This document shows, piece after piece, positions 10,299-19,573 of a DNA stretch of 64,000 nt. How positions within the stretch are numbered: the first letter of the stretch is position 1; every line of letters starts with the position of its first letter. The stretch is from Candidatus Multivoradales bacterium. Lineage in GTDB: Bacteria > Acidobacteriota > Thermoanaerobaculia > Multivoradales > Multivoraceae. The translations under genes and the position numbers were made by a program. The notes below the pieces were generated by a model, which was not told where the DNA came from, ran no database searches, and worked only from the letters and a program-made list of their open reading frames with translations. The DNA lies in assembly GCA_965223325.1 (NCBI GenBank), contig CBDCWI010000002.1, positions 3,008,001 through 3,072,000 of the forward strand, given 5' to 3'.

Positions 10299-11486
10299 TC
10301 ATAAACTCGCGATCGACGCCAGAATCGACTCCCGAACGGCCCGCGGCGCATGCAAGCGCTCGAGCAGGCGGCGGCCGTCTCGAGCCATGGCGGCCGCACG
10401 CTCGGAGTCGTCGAGAAGAGCGCAGATCTCCTGCGCCCACTGCTCGCCCGTGTCGGCGACGCTGAAGTGCTCACCGCTGACGCCGTCCGTTCCGCGCGCG
10501 GCCCACGGTGAAACGACGATCGGACGACCCTCGCCCCAGGCCTCCAGGACCTTGACCGGTACGCCGGCGCCGCACCGGACCGGCGCCACCAGAACGTCGG
10601 TTGCGCGCACGATCCCACGGAGATCGGGAGGCGAAGTGACCAGCCGCACCCCCGCTGATCGCGCCATTCTCGAGATCGCCCTACCCGGCCGATGACCGGC
10701 CACGACGAACTCGATGTCCGGCCGGACCGCGTGCAGCGCTGGCCACGCATGACGGGCAAACCAGTTCACCGCATCGTGGTTGGGAAAGTAGGCGAGGTTG
10801 CCGGTGAAACCGACGCTGCGCCGAGAGTCGTTGCCCGCCGCCGGCTCGGGGCCAGTCGCCTCGTCATTCGACTGCACTGCCAGGCGTACCAACGTGGGAG
10901 GTCGCTCGGGCGAGCGTTCACCGAGCGCCTCGACGTCGCGTCTGGCGATCGCCCAACTGGCGACCGACCGACCGAGCAAACGCGCCTCTGCGCGCGCCAG
11001 GCGAGCCGCCTCGAAGCGCCAGAAGGGACGTAGCAAGGGGCGGTCGATGGCGGCGCGGCGCGAGAAGTGGAGCGACAGAGAGTCGATGAAGTCGACCAAC
11101 ACTGGCTGTGATCTCTCGAGCGCATCGAGGGCACCTTCTAATCGCAGCAGCTGCAGCAGAACGAGATCATGGTCGCGAGCCAACGCTCTGACCCGCGCGG
11201 CCAGAGCGACGCGTGCGAAAAGGGCCGTCTGAAGCGGCCGACCCGCGACCAGTGATGACAACCCCGCGAGCGGACTCGCACCCGCTGAATAGGTCGCGAT
11301 GCGCACCGCCAGGCCGGCCCCCACGTCGTCCGGCCACTTGGGCTCGGGGGCGCCGGGAGGTGGTGCCGGGGTCAGAAGGGTGACCTCGTGCTGCTGTTGA
11401 AGCGCGGCAACCGTCTGAACGGCACGGAGCTGATCACCGCGCCGCGTGGGCCAGGGGTAACGGCCGGTGACCAGCAGGATTCGCAT
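10299..11486 (-). CDS. Glycosyltransferase family 4 (GT-B)
   Basis: MRILLVTGRYPWPTRRGDQLR start, FTGNLAYFPNHDA, GAGVPVKVLEAW donor-binding motif. Confidence 0.9.
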   Translation of the reverse strand: MRILLVTGRYPWPTRRGDQLRAVQTVAALQQQHEVTLLTPAPPPGAPEPKWPDDVGAGLAVRIATYSAGASPLAGLSSLVAGRPLQTALFARVALAARVRALARDHDLVLLQLLRLEGALDALERSQPVLVDFIDSLSLHFSRRAAIDRPLLRPFWRFEAARLARAEARLLGRSVASWAIARRDVEALGERSPERPPTLVRLAVQSNDEATGPEPAAGNDSRRSVGFTGNLAYFPNHDAVNWFARHAWPALHAVRPDIEFVVAGHRPGRAISRMARSAGVRLVTSPPDLRGIVRATDVLVAPVRCGAGVPVKVLEAWGEGRPIVVSPWAARGTDGVSGEHFSVADTGEQWAQEICALLDDSERAAAMARDGRRLLERLHAPRAVRESILASIASL

Positions 11487-11568
11487 CTCAACGAATCGTA
11501 GCGTCTGGAGCTCCTTCGTGGGATGGGCGCCGCGGCGCGCCGCTCGCCCTTGGTAGGTTCTCCTCAAC

Positions 11569-12735
11569 ATGGCCAAGACTTCTAGCTACGCTCAGCGCAT
11601 CGAGGGTTCGGTGTTCTCCTCTTTGACCGGCCGCATGGCGACCTACGAGGGCGAGATCTACCCACTGCACGTCGGTGATACCTGGCTCGAACCGGCCGAA
11701 GCAGCCTGGATGGAACACCTGCGGGTCGCCGATCACCCGGGAATGCACTCATACGACCCTCCCGGTGGCGCCCGATATCTACGCGAGGCCTTGGCTCTGC
11801 GGGCGACAGAACGCACCGGCGTTGTGGTCCGGCCGACCAACATCCAGCTGGCAGCCGGAGCGACCGCCGGCCTGGCCGCCTTGATGGGAGCGGTCCTCGA
11901 CCCCGACGACGAGGTCCTGGTTCTTTCCCCCCATTGGCCACTGATCGCCGGCATTGTGCGCACCATGCGGGGGACACCGGTGCTCGTCGAGGCAGCACCC
12001 GACGAGGAGTCCAGCGAATCCCTCACCGCCCGACTCGCCGCGGCCGCTGGTGAGCGCACCGTCGCTCTCTACATTTCGTCCCCCAACAACCCCACCGGGC
12101 GCATCCTGCCGCGCGCGCACATCGAAACGATGTCGTCGTGGGCGAAGGAGCGCGGCATCTGGTTGGTCTCGGACGAGGTCTACGAAGACCTGGCCTTCGA
12201 CGGCGATGTTGCGAGCGCCTACGACTTGAACCCGGAAGGAACAGTCACTGCCCACTCGTTCTCCAAGGGCTTCGGCATGGCGGGCAACCGTGTCGGCTGG
12301 CTGGTCGGGCCGGAGGCGTTGATGCAGCGAGTCGGAGCCATCACGACTCATACGCACTACAGTACCCCCACCGCCGGCTGTCTGGCGGCGGCGCGCGCCC
12401 TCAGCGGGGAGGGTCAGGCCTGGCAAGCCCAGGCGCTCGAGCGCTACCGCAAGCTGGCGGAGTGGAGCGCCCGAACTCTCGACGTCCCGATGCCTGCTGC
12501 GGGTACCTTCTTGTTTCTCGACGTCGCCGAACACCTTGACGAGCGCGGCCTGATGGGCTTTCTCGAAGACCTGGCCGACGACGGTCTCTTCGTTGCGCCG
12601 GGTCCGAGCTTCGGTCCCTACCCCCACTCCATCCGGGTCTGCTTCACATCCGCTGCACCTGGAGTCGTGCGGCGAGGAATCGAGGTGCTGGCCCGACACA
12701 TGAGCCGCAGTCCCGGCGAGACGAAGGCCCGCTGA
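11569..12735 (+). CDS. PLP-dependent aminotransferase class I/II
   Basis: SPNNPTG, SDEVY, SFSKGFGMAGNRVGW (PLP lysine). Confidence 0.92.
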   Translation: MAKTSSYAQRIEGSVFSSLTGRMATYEGEIYPLHVGDTWLEPAEAAWMEHLRVADHPGMHSYDPPGGARYLREALALRATERTGVVVRPTNIQLAAGATAGLAALMGAVLDPDDEVLVLSPHWPLIAGIVRTMRGTPVLVEAAPDEESSESLTARLAAAAGERTVALYISSPNNPTGRILPRAHIETMSSWAKERGIWLVSDEVYEDLAFDGDVASAYDLNPEGTVTAHSFSKGFGMAGNRVGWLVGPEALMQRVGAITTHTHYSTPTAGCLAAARALSGEGQAWQAQALERYRKLAEWSARTLDVPMPAAGTFLFLDVAEHLDERGLMGFLEDLADDGLFVAPGPSFGPYPHSIRVCFTSAAPGVVRRGIEVLARHMSRSPGETKAR

Positions 12736-12770
12736 CGCCGCTCGCCCCCCTTGATACTTTGCCCACGGTC

Positions 12771-13610
12771 ATGAAGCCTTCACTCCCCACCACTCATCTC
12801 GTCGGCGTCGTACAGCTGACCAGCACCTCCGATCAGGGGACGAGCATGGCGATGGCCACTGCTCTCGTCGAAGAGGCCGCGCGCGCCGGTGCGCGATTCG
12901 TGGCGACACCCGAGTGCACCAACTACCTCGGCCCACACGACCGCAAGGTCGAGATCGCAGAGACTCTGTCGGGGGAAACGTGCGAGCGATTCTCCCATCT
13001 GGCGCGACGGCTGGGGATCTGGTTGCTGCTCGGCTCGTTCAACGAGCGCTGCGATGAGGAAGCTGATACCCGCTGCTACAACACGTCGGTGCTCTTTCGC
13101 GACGACGGCGAGATTGCCGCGACCTATCGCAAGGTCCACCTCTTCGACGTCGACGTCTCCGACGAGGTGCGGTTTCAGGAGTCGGCCACCTGCGTTCCGG
13201 GGTCTGATCTGGTGGTCGCCAGGACCGACCTGGGCACTCTCGGCCTGTCGATCTGCTACGACTTGCGTTTCCCCGAGATGTACCGCGGCCTGGTCAATCT
13301 AGGTGCCGACATCCTCATGGTGCCGTCCGCATTCACAGCCCACACTGGCCAAGCGCACTGGGAGGCGCTACTGCGCGCGCGCGCAATCGAGAACCAGTGC
13401 TACGTGCTGGCGCCAGCGCAGGTCGGCCATCACGACGACGGCGGCCTTCGCAACAGTTACGGGCACTCACTCGTCATCGATCCGTGGGGGCAGGTTCTGG
13501 CCTCGGCTGGTGACACTCCGGGCCTCGCCCTGGCACCGCTCGATTCCGAACGTACGCGTGAGATCCGCCGGTCGATGCCAATCGCCGAACATCGGAAGTT
13601 CGCCGACTGA
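12771..13610 (+). CDS. Carbon-nitrogen hydrolase (Nit1/deaminated glutathione amidase-like)
   Basis: Nitrilase triad: PE, YRKVHLFD, ICYDLRFPE; HWEALLRARAIENQCYV. Confidence 0.92.
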   Translation: MKPSLPTTHLVGVVQLTSTSDQGTSMAMATALVEEAARAGARFVATPECTNYLGPHDRKVEIAETLSGETCERFSHLARRLGIWLLLGSFNERCDEEADTRCYNTSVLFRDDGEIAATYRKVHLFDVDVSDEVRFQESATCVPGSDLVVARTDLGTLGLSICYDLRFPEMYRGLVNLGADILMVPSAFTAHTGQAHWEALLRARAIENQCYVLAPAQVGHHDDGGLRNSYGHSLVIDPWGQVLASAGDTPGLALAPLDSERTREIRRSMPIAEHRKFAD

Positions 13611-13631
13611 CTTGCGCGCCGGCGCCTTGCA

Positions 13632-13686
13632 GTTCAGATCTACCTGGTTCAGATCTACCTGGTTCAGATCTACCTGGTTCAGATCT
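13632..13686. repeat. 15-bp tandem repeat GTTCAGATCTACCTG x3.7
   Basis: Three exact copies plus GTTCAGATCT between convergent genes. Confidence 0.9.
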
Positions 13687-13697
13687 TCCGAGGCGGC

Positions 13698-14867
13698 TCA
13701 GGACTTCAGGCAGCTTCGAACGAAGCGCGAGACCTTCCACAGGTAGCGGAAACCACCGAAGCGGTAGACATCGTTGTGCCCGGCGCGGGGCACGCTGTAC
13801 CACTCCTTCGGCCCGGCCGCCGCGTCGAAGAGGCGCTCCCCGAGCTCATAGGGAATCGTCTCGTCGCCGGTGCCGTGGATCACCAGCTTCGGTAGCCCCT
13901 CGAGCGTTGTGATCTTCTCGAGCGAGCGGAAGTGGTTGCTCGCGACCCAGTGCATCGGCACGGTGGGAAAGCGCACGCGCGCCATCTCGCGCGCGCTGGT
14001 GAAGGTCGACTGCGCGATGAGGCCGGCGAGTGGCCTTTGGCAGGCCAGGTCGATCGCCACCGCCCCACCGAGCGAGTGGCCGAATGCCACGATCCGGCGC
14101 GCGTCCTCATCGATCGTGTCGGTCAAGTAGTCGTGCGCGGTGCGCGCGTCTTCATAGAGTCCGTCTTCGCTCGGCTTGCCTTCACTGCGCCCGTAGCCGC
14201 GGTAGTCGAAGGCGAGCACGTTGACCTTGAGGCGCTGCATGTAGCGATACACGCCAATGCGGTTGGTGATGTTGCCGGAGTTCCCGTGACAGTAGAGGAT
14301 GGTGCCGCGAGCACGCTTGCAGGGGATCCACCAGCCATGGAGCTCTGGCCCGTCACCGCGTGAGAACCACACGTCTTCGGCCTGAACACCGTAGGGGGAC
14401 GGGTCCCAGATGCCATTCGGGTACTGATCGGGAACAAAGGTCTGTGCATGCTGGAAGCGTTGCCGGACCATCTCGAGGACGCCTAGCCCCCCGGCAACGG
14501 CGAGCCCGGGGGCGACGCGCTTGAGCAGTCGGGTCCAGCGCGGTGCACTTCGAATGTTCTCGTGATCCGAGTCCTCGAGACCCGGCACCACATCGACCAG
14601 GTCTTGCGCAACGATGCCGTCGCTCTTGGGTAGCTCGAGGCCGCCGATGGCGGACATGTCTTCGATGAGTCGCACGTCTTTGTCGTCAAAGTGTTCTTCG
14701 AGATGCTCTTGGAGGTGGGGATCGTGGGCCTCGGGAGGAGACTGTTTCGGGATCTCGGTCGAACTCTCCGAAGCAACGCCATCGATAGCCCGCTGGCCCA
14801 GAGCGCGCCCACGTCGACCGTCGTCTTCCGGGTTTCCAACGTTCTTTTTGTGGTTCGACATTCCCAT
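13698..14867 (-). CDS. Alpha/beta hydrolase (ABHD13/17, Bem46-like) with an acidic N-terminal extension
   Basis: YCHGNSGNI, FDYRGYGRSEG, GHSLGG, IHGTGDE, AGHND; start uncertain (14867 or 14861). Confidence 0.88.
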   Translation of the reverse strand: MGMSNHKKNVGNPEDDGRRGRALGQRAIDGVASESSTEIPKQSPPEAHDPHLQEHLEEHFDDKDVRLIEDMSAIGGLELPKSDGIVAQDLVDVVPGLEDSDHENIRSAPRWTRLLKRVAPGLAVAGGLGVLEMVRQRFQHAQTFVPDQYPNGIWDPSPYGVQAEDVWFSRGDGPELHGWWIPCKRARGTILYCHGNSGNITNRIGVYRYMQRLKVNVLAFDYRGYGRSEGKPSEDGLYEDARTAHDYLTDTIDEDARRIVAFGHSLGGAVAIDLACQRPLAGLIAQSTFTSAREMARVRFPTVPMHWVASNHFRSLEKITTLEGLPKLVIHGTGDETIPYELGERLFDAAAGPKEWYSVPRAGHNDVYRFGGFRYLWKVSRFVRSCLKS

Positions 14868-15105
14868 TCGCCTCGAGATCGCGAGTCGCCAGCGACCAGG
14901 ACCAGCGGGAGGTCCTGAGCCTCGTTGATACGATTCTACGTTCCCGCCGCACTTCCGCTGCCGCTCAGGCGACTTCACCGAGGCCAGACCAGCGTCAGCT
15001 TTCTCGTCTCGCCCTGCGCTCTCTTGTGGTCTTCTGCTGGCCTCTGGTTCTAGAGGATTCGTTCAGAGCTTCCGATCAGGAGACGGACTGCGAGCCCCTC
15101 TCGTC

Positions 15106-16875
15106 ATGGAAATACCGATCCTACTGGCGATCATCGCCTTCACCCTCATAGCCTTCGTGGTCGGCCGCATGCCGATCGACGTCGTCGCTTTGTGCTGCCT
15201 GGCCCTGCTTCTGATCTTCAATCTGGTGACCCCAGAGGAGGCGATTGCGGGCTTCGGCAATCCTGCGGTCATCACGGTGATGATGATGTTCGTGCTCAGC
15301 GAGGCCCTCGTTCTCACCGGAGTGGTCGCCAAGATCGGCCACCGCATCGCGTCGATGTCGGGCACCTATCTGGTCGCCGGAACGACTCTACTGCTGGGCT
15401 GTGGTGTGCTGTCGGCCTTCATTAGCAACACCGCTACCCTCGCGATTCTGCTGCCGGTGGGTCTACAACTCGCCAAGCACTACGAGGTGTCTGCCTCCAG
15501 GATCCTCCTGCCGCTGTCCTACATTTCCATCGTTGGCGGCACCTGCACCTTGATCGGCACTTCGACGAACCTGCTGGTCAGCTCGATCGCTCACGATCAC
15601 GGTCTCGAAGCAATCTCGATGTTCGAGTTCTTCATGCTCGGCGGTCCACTGTTCGTGCTGGGACTCTTGTACATCGTCCTGGTTCCCATGCGTGGCATGA
15701 CCCCGCGCGCGCAGGTGGGCAGCTTGACCTCCAAGTACGAGCTCGAGGCCTTCCTCACCGAGATCGAAGTTCCCCCAGGCTCGAGGCTGGTTGGCTTGAC
15801 TCCGCTCGCAACCCAGATTTCAGAACGATTCCGCCTGAACGTCCTGCAGATTCTCCGCGGTGGACGCATCATCGGCACAGAGATTCGCGCCACCGAGCTG
15901 CAAGCCGCGGACCGCCTGATCGTGCGCGGTGCGATGCAGGACATCGTCGCCTTCAAAGAGCAGTACGGGCTGCTCCTACTCACCGACATCAAGCTCAGCG
16001 ATACCGCGCTCACCGACGAGAACAACATCCTCGGTGAGCTCCAGATCTCACCGGTCTCCCGACTGACCGGCCTGACGATCAAGGAGATCGACTTCAGGCG
16101 GCGCTACGGCTGCTTCGTGCTCGCCCTCAACCGCACCGGCGATCTGATTCGCAACAAACTGACCTCGATTCCGTTGCGGCACTGGGACACTCTGCTGGTC
16201 TTTGGACCGCGAGCCCGCGTCGAGGCACTGCAGGAGCTCGAAGACTTCGTCTCGCTCGAAGAGGTCGACATTCGGTTGCACCTACCCCGCAATTGGTGGC
16301 TGGCGGCACTCATTCTCCCGGCAGTTGTCCTGGCGGCGACCTTTGGCTGGATGGACATCCTCGAAGCGTCGATTCTCGGTGCAGTCGCCATGGTGATCAC
16401 CCGCCGACTGACGATCCAACAGGCCTACAGCTCCATCAACTGGACCGTCATCTTTCTGCTCGCTGCAATTCTGCCGCTGGGCACGGCGATGGAGAACAGT
16501 GGCCTCAACGAAGTGATCGCCGCCGGCCTGGTCGACCTCGGAGGAGGAGGTCATCCGCTTCTACTCCTGGCGGCCATCTACCTGGCGACCGCACTCCTCT
16601 CAGAGGTGGTCTCGAACAACTCAACCGCAGTGCTCATGGTTCCCTTCGCCTTCGCTACCGCAACCTCCCTCGGTCTAGAAGCGCGCCCTTTCGTCATGGC
16701 CGTCGCCTTCGGCGCCTCGGCCAGCTTCCTCACCCCGATGGGTTACCAGACCAACGCCATGGTCTTCGTCCCGGGCCAGTACCGTTTCGTCGACTACCTC
16801 CTGTGGGGCCTACCGCTGAAGGTCCTCTTCGCCGTCGTCTCGATCTTCGCGATCCCCCGCATCTGGCCCTTCTAG
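15106..16875 (+). CDS. SLC13/DASS-family permease with two TrkA-C domains
   Basis: SAFISNT, GGTCTLIGTSTNL, two RCK_C-like segments, SNN, FLTPMGYQTN; many TM helices. Confidence 0.92.
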   Translation: MEIPILLAIIAFTLIAFVVGRMPIDVVALCCLALLLIFNLVTPEEAIAGFGNPAVITVMMMFVLSEALVLTGVVAKIGHRIASMSGTYLVAGTTLLLGCGVLSAFISNTATLAILLPVGLQLAKHYEVSASRILLPLSYISIVGGTCTLIGTSTNLLVSSIAHDHGLEAISMFEFFMLGGPLFVLGLLYIVLVPMRGMTPRAQVGSLTSKYELEAFLTEIEVPPGSRLVGLTPLATQISERFRLNVLQILRGGRIIGTEIRATELQAADRLIVRGAMQDIVAFKEQYGLLLLTDIKLSDTALTDENNILGELQISPVSRLTGLTIKEIDFRRRYGCFVLALNRTGDLIRNKLTSIPLRHWDTLLVFGPRARVEALQELEDFVSLEEVDIRLHLPRNWWLAALILPAVVLAATFGWMDILEASILGAVAMVITRRLTIQQAYSSINWTVIFLLAAILPLGTAMENSGLNEVIAAGLVDLGGGGHPLLLLAAIYLATALLSEVVSNNSTAVLMVPFAFATATSLGLEARPFVMAVAFGASASFLTPMGYQTNAMVFVPGQYRFVDYLLWGLPLKVLFAVVSIFAIPRIWPF

Positions 16876-16948
16876 CACCCAACAAACAGGGACCCGGCCA
16901 GGGACACCAAGGGCGGGCAGAGGCCTTACGCTCCCTTCTTATACCTTA

Positions 16949-16977
16949 TTGACATAGAAACTATTGCGTTCTAGCAT
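16949..16977 (+). promoter_or_regulatory. Sigma-70 promoter of the Cys-rich repeat gene with overlapping inverted repeat
   Basis: TTGACA-17 bp-TAGCAT in an AT-rich patch; TAGAA-N9-TTCTA (16955-16973) lies across the spacer. Confidence 0.7.
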
Positions 16978-17039
16978 ATCGATTCTCTGCTAATTCTCGA
17001 TGTCGCCCAAGGACCCTCACATCGACTCTGGAGAATGCG

Positions 17040-18779
17040 ATGCTGCGTACACCCCTCTCAGGTCCCACCTGTCGAACTTCACCTCCGCGAACACGTTTGT
17101 GGGCGCTTTCTTGCTGGGCTCTTCTTCTGCTCTTCTGGAGCTTCGCTGCGAGTGCTCAAGCTCCAAGCGCTCGCCTGGCCGCACAGGAGTGCGAACGCGC
17201 CTGCGGCGCGGCGGCCCAGGAGGCCTTTGAGGTTTGCCGCGACGAGGGAGGCGCACCCGAAGACTGCGAGGACCTGGCACAGCGGGTTCTCGGTGCCTGC
17301 CTCGACGAATGTTCCGACCGGCCGCTCTGCGAAAGAGACTGCGCCCGCCGTGGCCACGAGCTGCGCGAGCAGTGCCTCGATGACGGTGGAGACGAAGAGA
17401 CTTGTGACAAAAAGGCGCATGAGTTCGTGCGCGACTGCCTCGACACCTGCGATCGGCCAGATCCCGACTGCGACGAGCAGTGCGTGATCCGCGCCCGTAC
17501 GAGCTTTGCACGGTGCATAGAGAACGGCGGGGATCGGGATGAGTGCCGCCAGAAGGCCCTCACCCAACTCGACGACTGCGTCGCCAACTGCGACGACCCC
17601 CCCGAGAAGTGCGATGAGGTCTGCACCCGTGTCGCCCGCCGCGCCTACCACGCGTGCCTCGATGAGGGCGGCGACGAGGAAACCTGCCAACGCCGCGCCG
17701 CCGAACTCAGGCACCGTTGCCTCGAGGAGTGCGACGACGAGCCCCCAACCTGCGACGCCCGCTGCCTGCGTCAAGGACATCGCATCTTCGAAACCTGCAT
17801 CGACGAGGGCGGCGAGCCCGCTGTCTGTCGCGCGCGGGCCCACGAGCATGTCGTCACCTGTTTCGAGGAATGCGACAAGCCATCACCGTGCGATACCTCT
17901 TGCCGCCGACGCGCATTGATCTGGTTCGCCGAGTGTGTCGAAGCCGGCGGAGAACCCGGTCAATGCCGTGAGGATGCCAGCATCCTGCTCGAGACCTGCC
18001 TCGAACGCTGTGACGGTCCCACTCGTTGCGATGTCGCCTGTGCACGACGGGCCCGCATTCACAACCAGGAGTGCGTCGAAGCCGGCGGCGACCCGGGAGA
18101 GTGTCGCTCCCGGTCGCTGGCGCTGCTCGAGCGCTGCGTCGAGAACTGCGACGAGCCGCCGCCGCCCTGCGACGCGCTGTGCGAGCGCCGCGCCAAGCGC
18201 GTCTTCGCGCAGTGCATCGACCAGGGCGGCAACGAAGACGAGTGCCGCCTGGAAGCACGCGCGTTCCGAGCTCGTTGCATCGACCGCTGCGAAGAGCCGC
18301 CACCCACCTGCAGCGACCGCTGCGAGAACCGAGCTCGGAAGCTCGAGGAGGTCTGCCTCGAACTCGGTGGATCCGAGGCCGAGTGTGCCGCTGCGGCGGC
18401 TGGCTTCCTGGACGCGTGCCTCGAAAGATGCGATCAGCCGCCTCCGACCTGTGACGAACGTTGCGACCGCCGAGCAGATCGTCTGGTCAACTTCTGCGTC
18501 TCGCTTGGCTTCGACCCGGAGACCTGTGACGCTCGCGGCGACATCTGGCGGAGCAAGTGCAAGGACCGCTGCGCACTGAATCTCGAGGAGTGCTTCGGCC
18601 GCTGCGAACGACGTGCCCGCCACGCGCTGGACGAGTGCCTGGATCTCGGGGGTTCGGAGCAAGCCTGCCAAGAGCGCGCAGAGAACCTGCTCGGCGCATG
18701 CCAGGAGCGCTGCAACCGGGTCTTCGGCACCGACCTCGAGTCGGGCGACCTGCGCGACTTCCTGTCGATCCGCAATTGA
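17040..18779 (+). CDS. Exported cysteine-rich repeat protein (11 repeats of 46-47 aa, six Cys each)
   Basis: Signal peptide ending FAASA-QA; repeats C-x3-C-x10-C-x9-C-x10-C-x3-C at 17190-18713; tail VFGTDLESGD. Confidence 0.88.
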   Translation: MLRTPLSGPTCRTSPPRTRLWALSCWALLLLFWSFAASAQAPSARLAAQECERACGAAAQEAFEVCRDEGGAPEDCEDLAQRVLGACLDECSDRPLCERDCARRGHELREQCLDDGGDEETCDKKAHEFVRDCLDTCDRPDPDCDEQCVIRARTSFARCIENGGDRDECRQKALTQLDDCVANCDDPPEKCDEVCTRVARRAYHACLDEGGDEETCQRRAAELRHRCLEECDDEPPTCDARCLRQGHRIFETCIDEGGEPAVCRARAHEHVVTCFEECDKPSPCDTSCRRRALIWFAECVEAGGEPGQCREDASILLETCLERCDGPTRCDVACARRARIHNQECVEAGGDPGECRSRSLALLERCVENCDEPPPPCDALCERRAKRVFAQCIDQGGNEDECRLEARAFRARCIDRCEEPPPTCSDRCENRARKLEEVCLELGGSEAECAAAAAGFLDACLERCDQPPPTCDERCDRRADRLVNFCVSLGFDPETCDARGDIWRSKCKDRCALNLEECFGRCERRARHALDECLDLGGSEQACQERAENLLGACQERCNRVFGTDLESGDLRDFLSIRN

Positions 18780-18828
18780 GCGAGGACCGGAGTGACCGGC
18801 CCCGGCCGGCGCTCCTCTGATTCCCCTC

Positions 18829-18897
18829 AAGGGTGGTGAGGTGCCAGAGGGCTGCTCCCGTCCACGGGCCCGGCGGCACCTCGCCACCCTTTCTTTT
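18829..18897. terminator. Long inverted repeat between convergent genes, likely terminator
   Basis: AAGGGTGGTGAGGTGCC (18829-18845) pairs with GGCACCTCGCCACCCTT (18875-18891), followed by TCTTTT. Confidence 0.55.
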
Positions 18898-18918
18898 GTC
18901 AGAGGGGGGAGGGAGCGC

Positions 18919-19560
18919 CTACAACAGCTGTTGGACGCGCGCTGCCACCATGTCCATCGCCACCTGGTTCTCCCCGCCCTCCGGCACGATGACGTCAGCC
19001 CAGCGCTTCGACGGTTCAACGAACTCGAGATGCATCGGGCGCACGGTTCCCAGGTACTGCGACATCACGCTCTCGAAAGTACGCCCGCGCTCTTCGAGGT
19101 CCCTCTGCAGACGGCGCGCGAGGCGCACGTCGGCATCCGTATCAACGAAGACTTTGAAGTCGAGCAAGCGACGAACGCGCTGCTCGGCGAACAACAAGAT
19201 GCCTTCTACGAGCACCACACGATGTGCTTCGACGCGCCGCGTCTCTTCAGTTCGGCGATGCGTCGTGAAGTCATAGACCGGAACGTCAACCGGATGCCCG
19301 TCGCGAAGACTCTCGAGATGTTCGACCAGCAGATCGAAGTCGAGGGCATCAGGATGGTCGAAGTTATAGCGATCCTGTTCTTCAGCACTCGTCCACTGGA
19401 CGTCTTTGTAGTAGCCATCCTGGGTGAGAAAGGAGATGCGGTCGGCGCCCACCACCTCGAGGAGCTTTCGGGCGACTGTCGTCTTTCCAGAACCGCTACC
19501 ACCGGCCACGCCCAGGGTGACAACCGGGGGACTCGCTGTATCGATTTCTTTGGCGCTCAC
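18919..19560 (-). CDS. udk: Uridine kinase
   Basis: GVAGGSGSGKTT, QDGYYK, YNFDHPDA, VEGIL, VRPMHLEFVEPSKRWADV; GTG 19560 just after the mutM stop. Confidence 0.93.
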   Translation of the reverse strand: MSAKEIDTASPPVVTLGVAGGSGSGKTTVARKLLEVVGADRISFLTQDGYYKDVQWTSAEEQDRYNFDHPDALDFDLLVEHLESLRDGHPVDVPVYDFTTHRRTEETRRVEAHRVVLVEGILLFAEQRVRRLLDFKVFVDTDADVRLARRLQRDLEERGRTFESVMSQYLGTVRPMHLEFVEPSKRWADVIVPEGGENQVAMDMVAARVQQLL

Positions 19561-19573
19561 GGACCGCAGTGTC

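Noticed and set aside
13632-13686. CRISPR array
   Set aside because: 15-bp units are contiguous with no spacers, and there are no cas genes.
17190-18713. Multiheme cytochrome or ferredoxin
   Set aside because: No CxxCH or CxxCxxC motifs; the protein is exported with symmetric Cys spacing.
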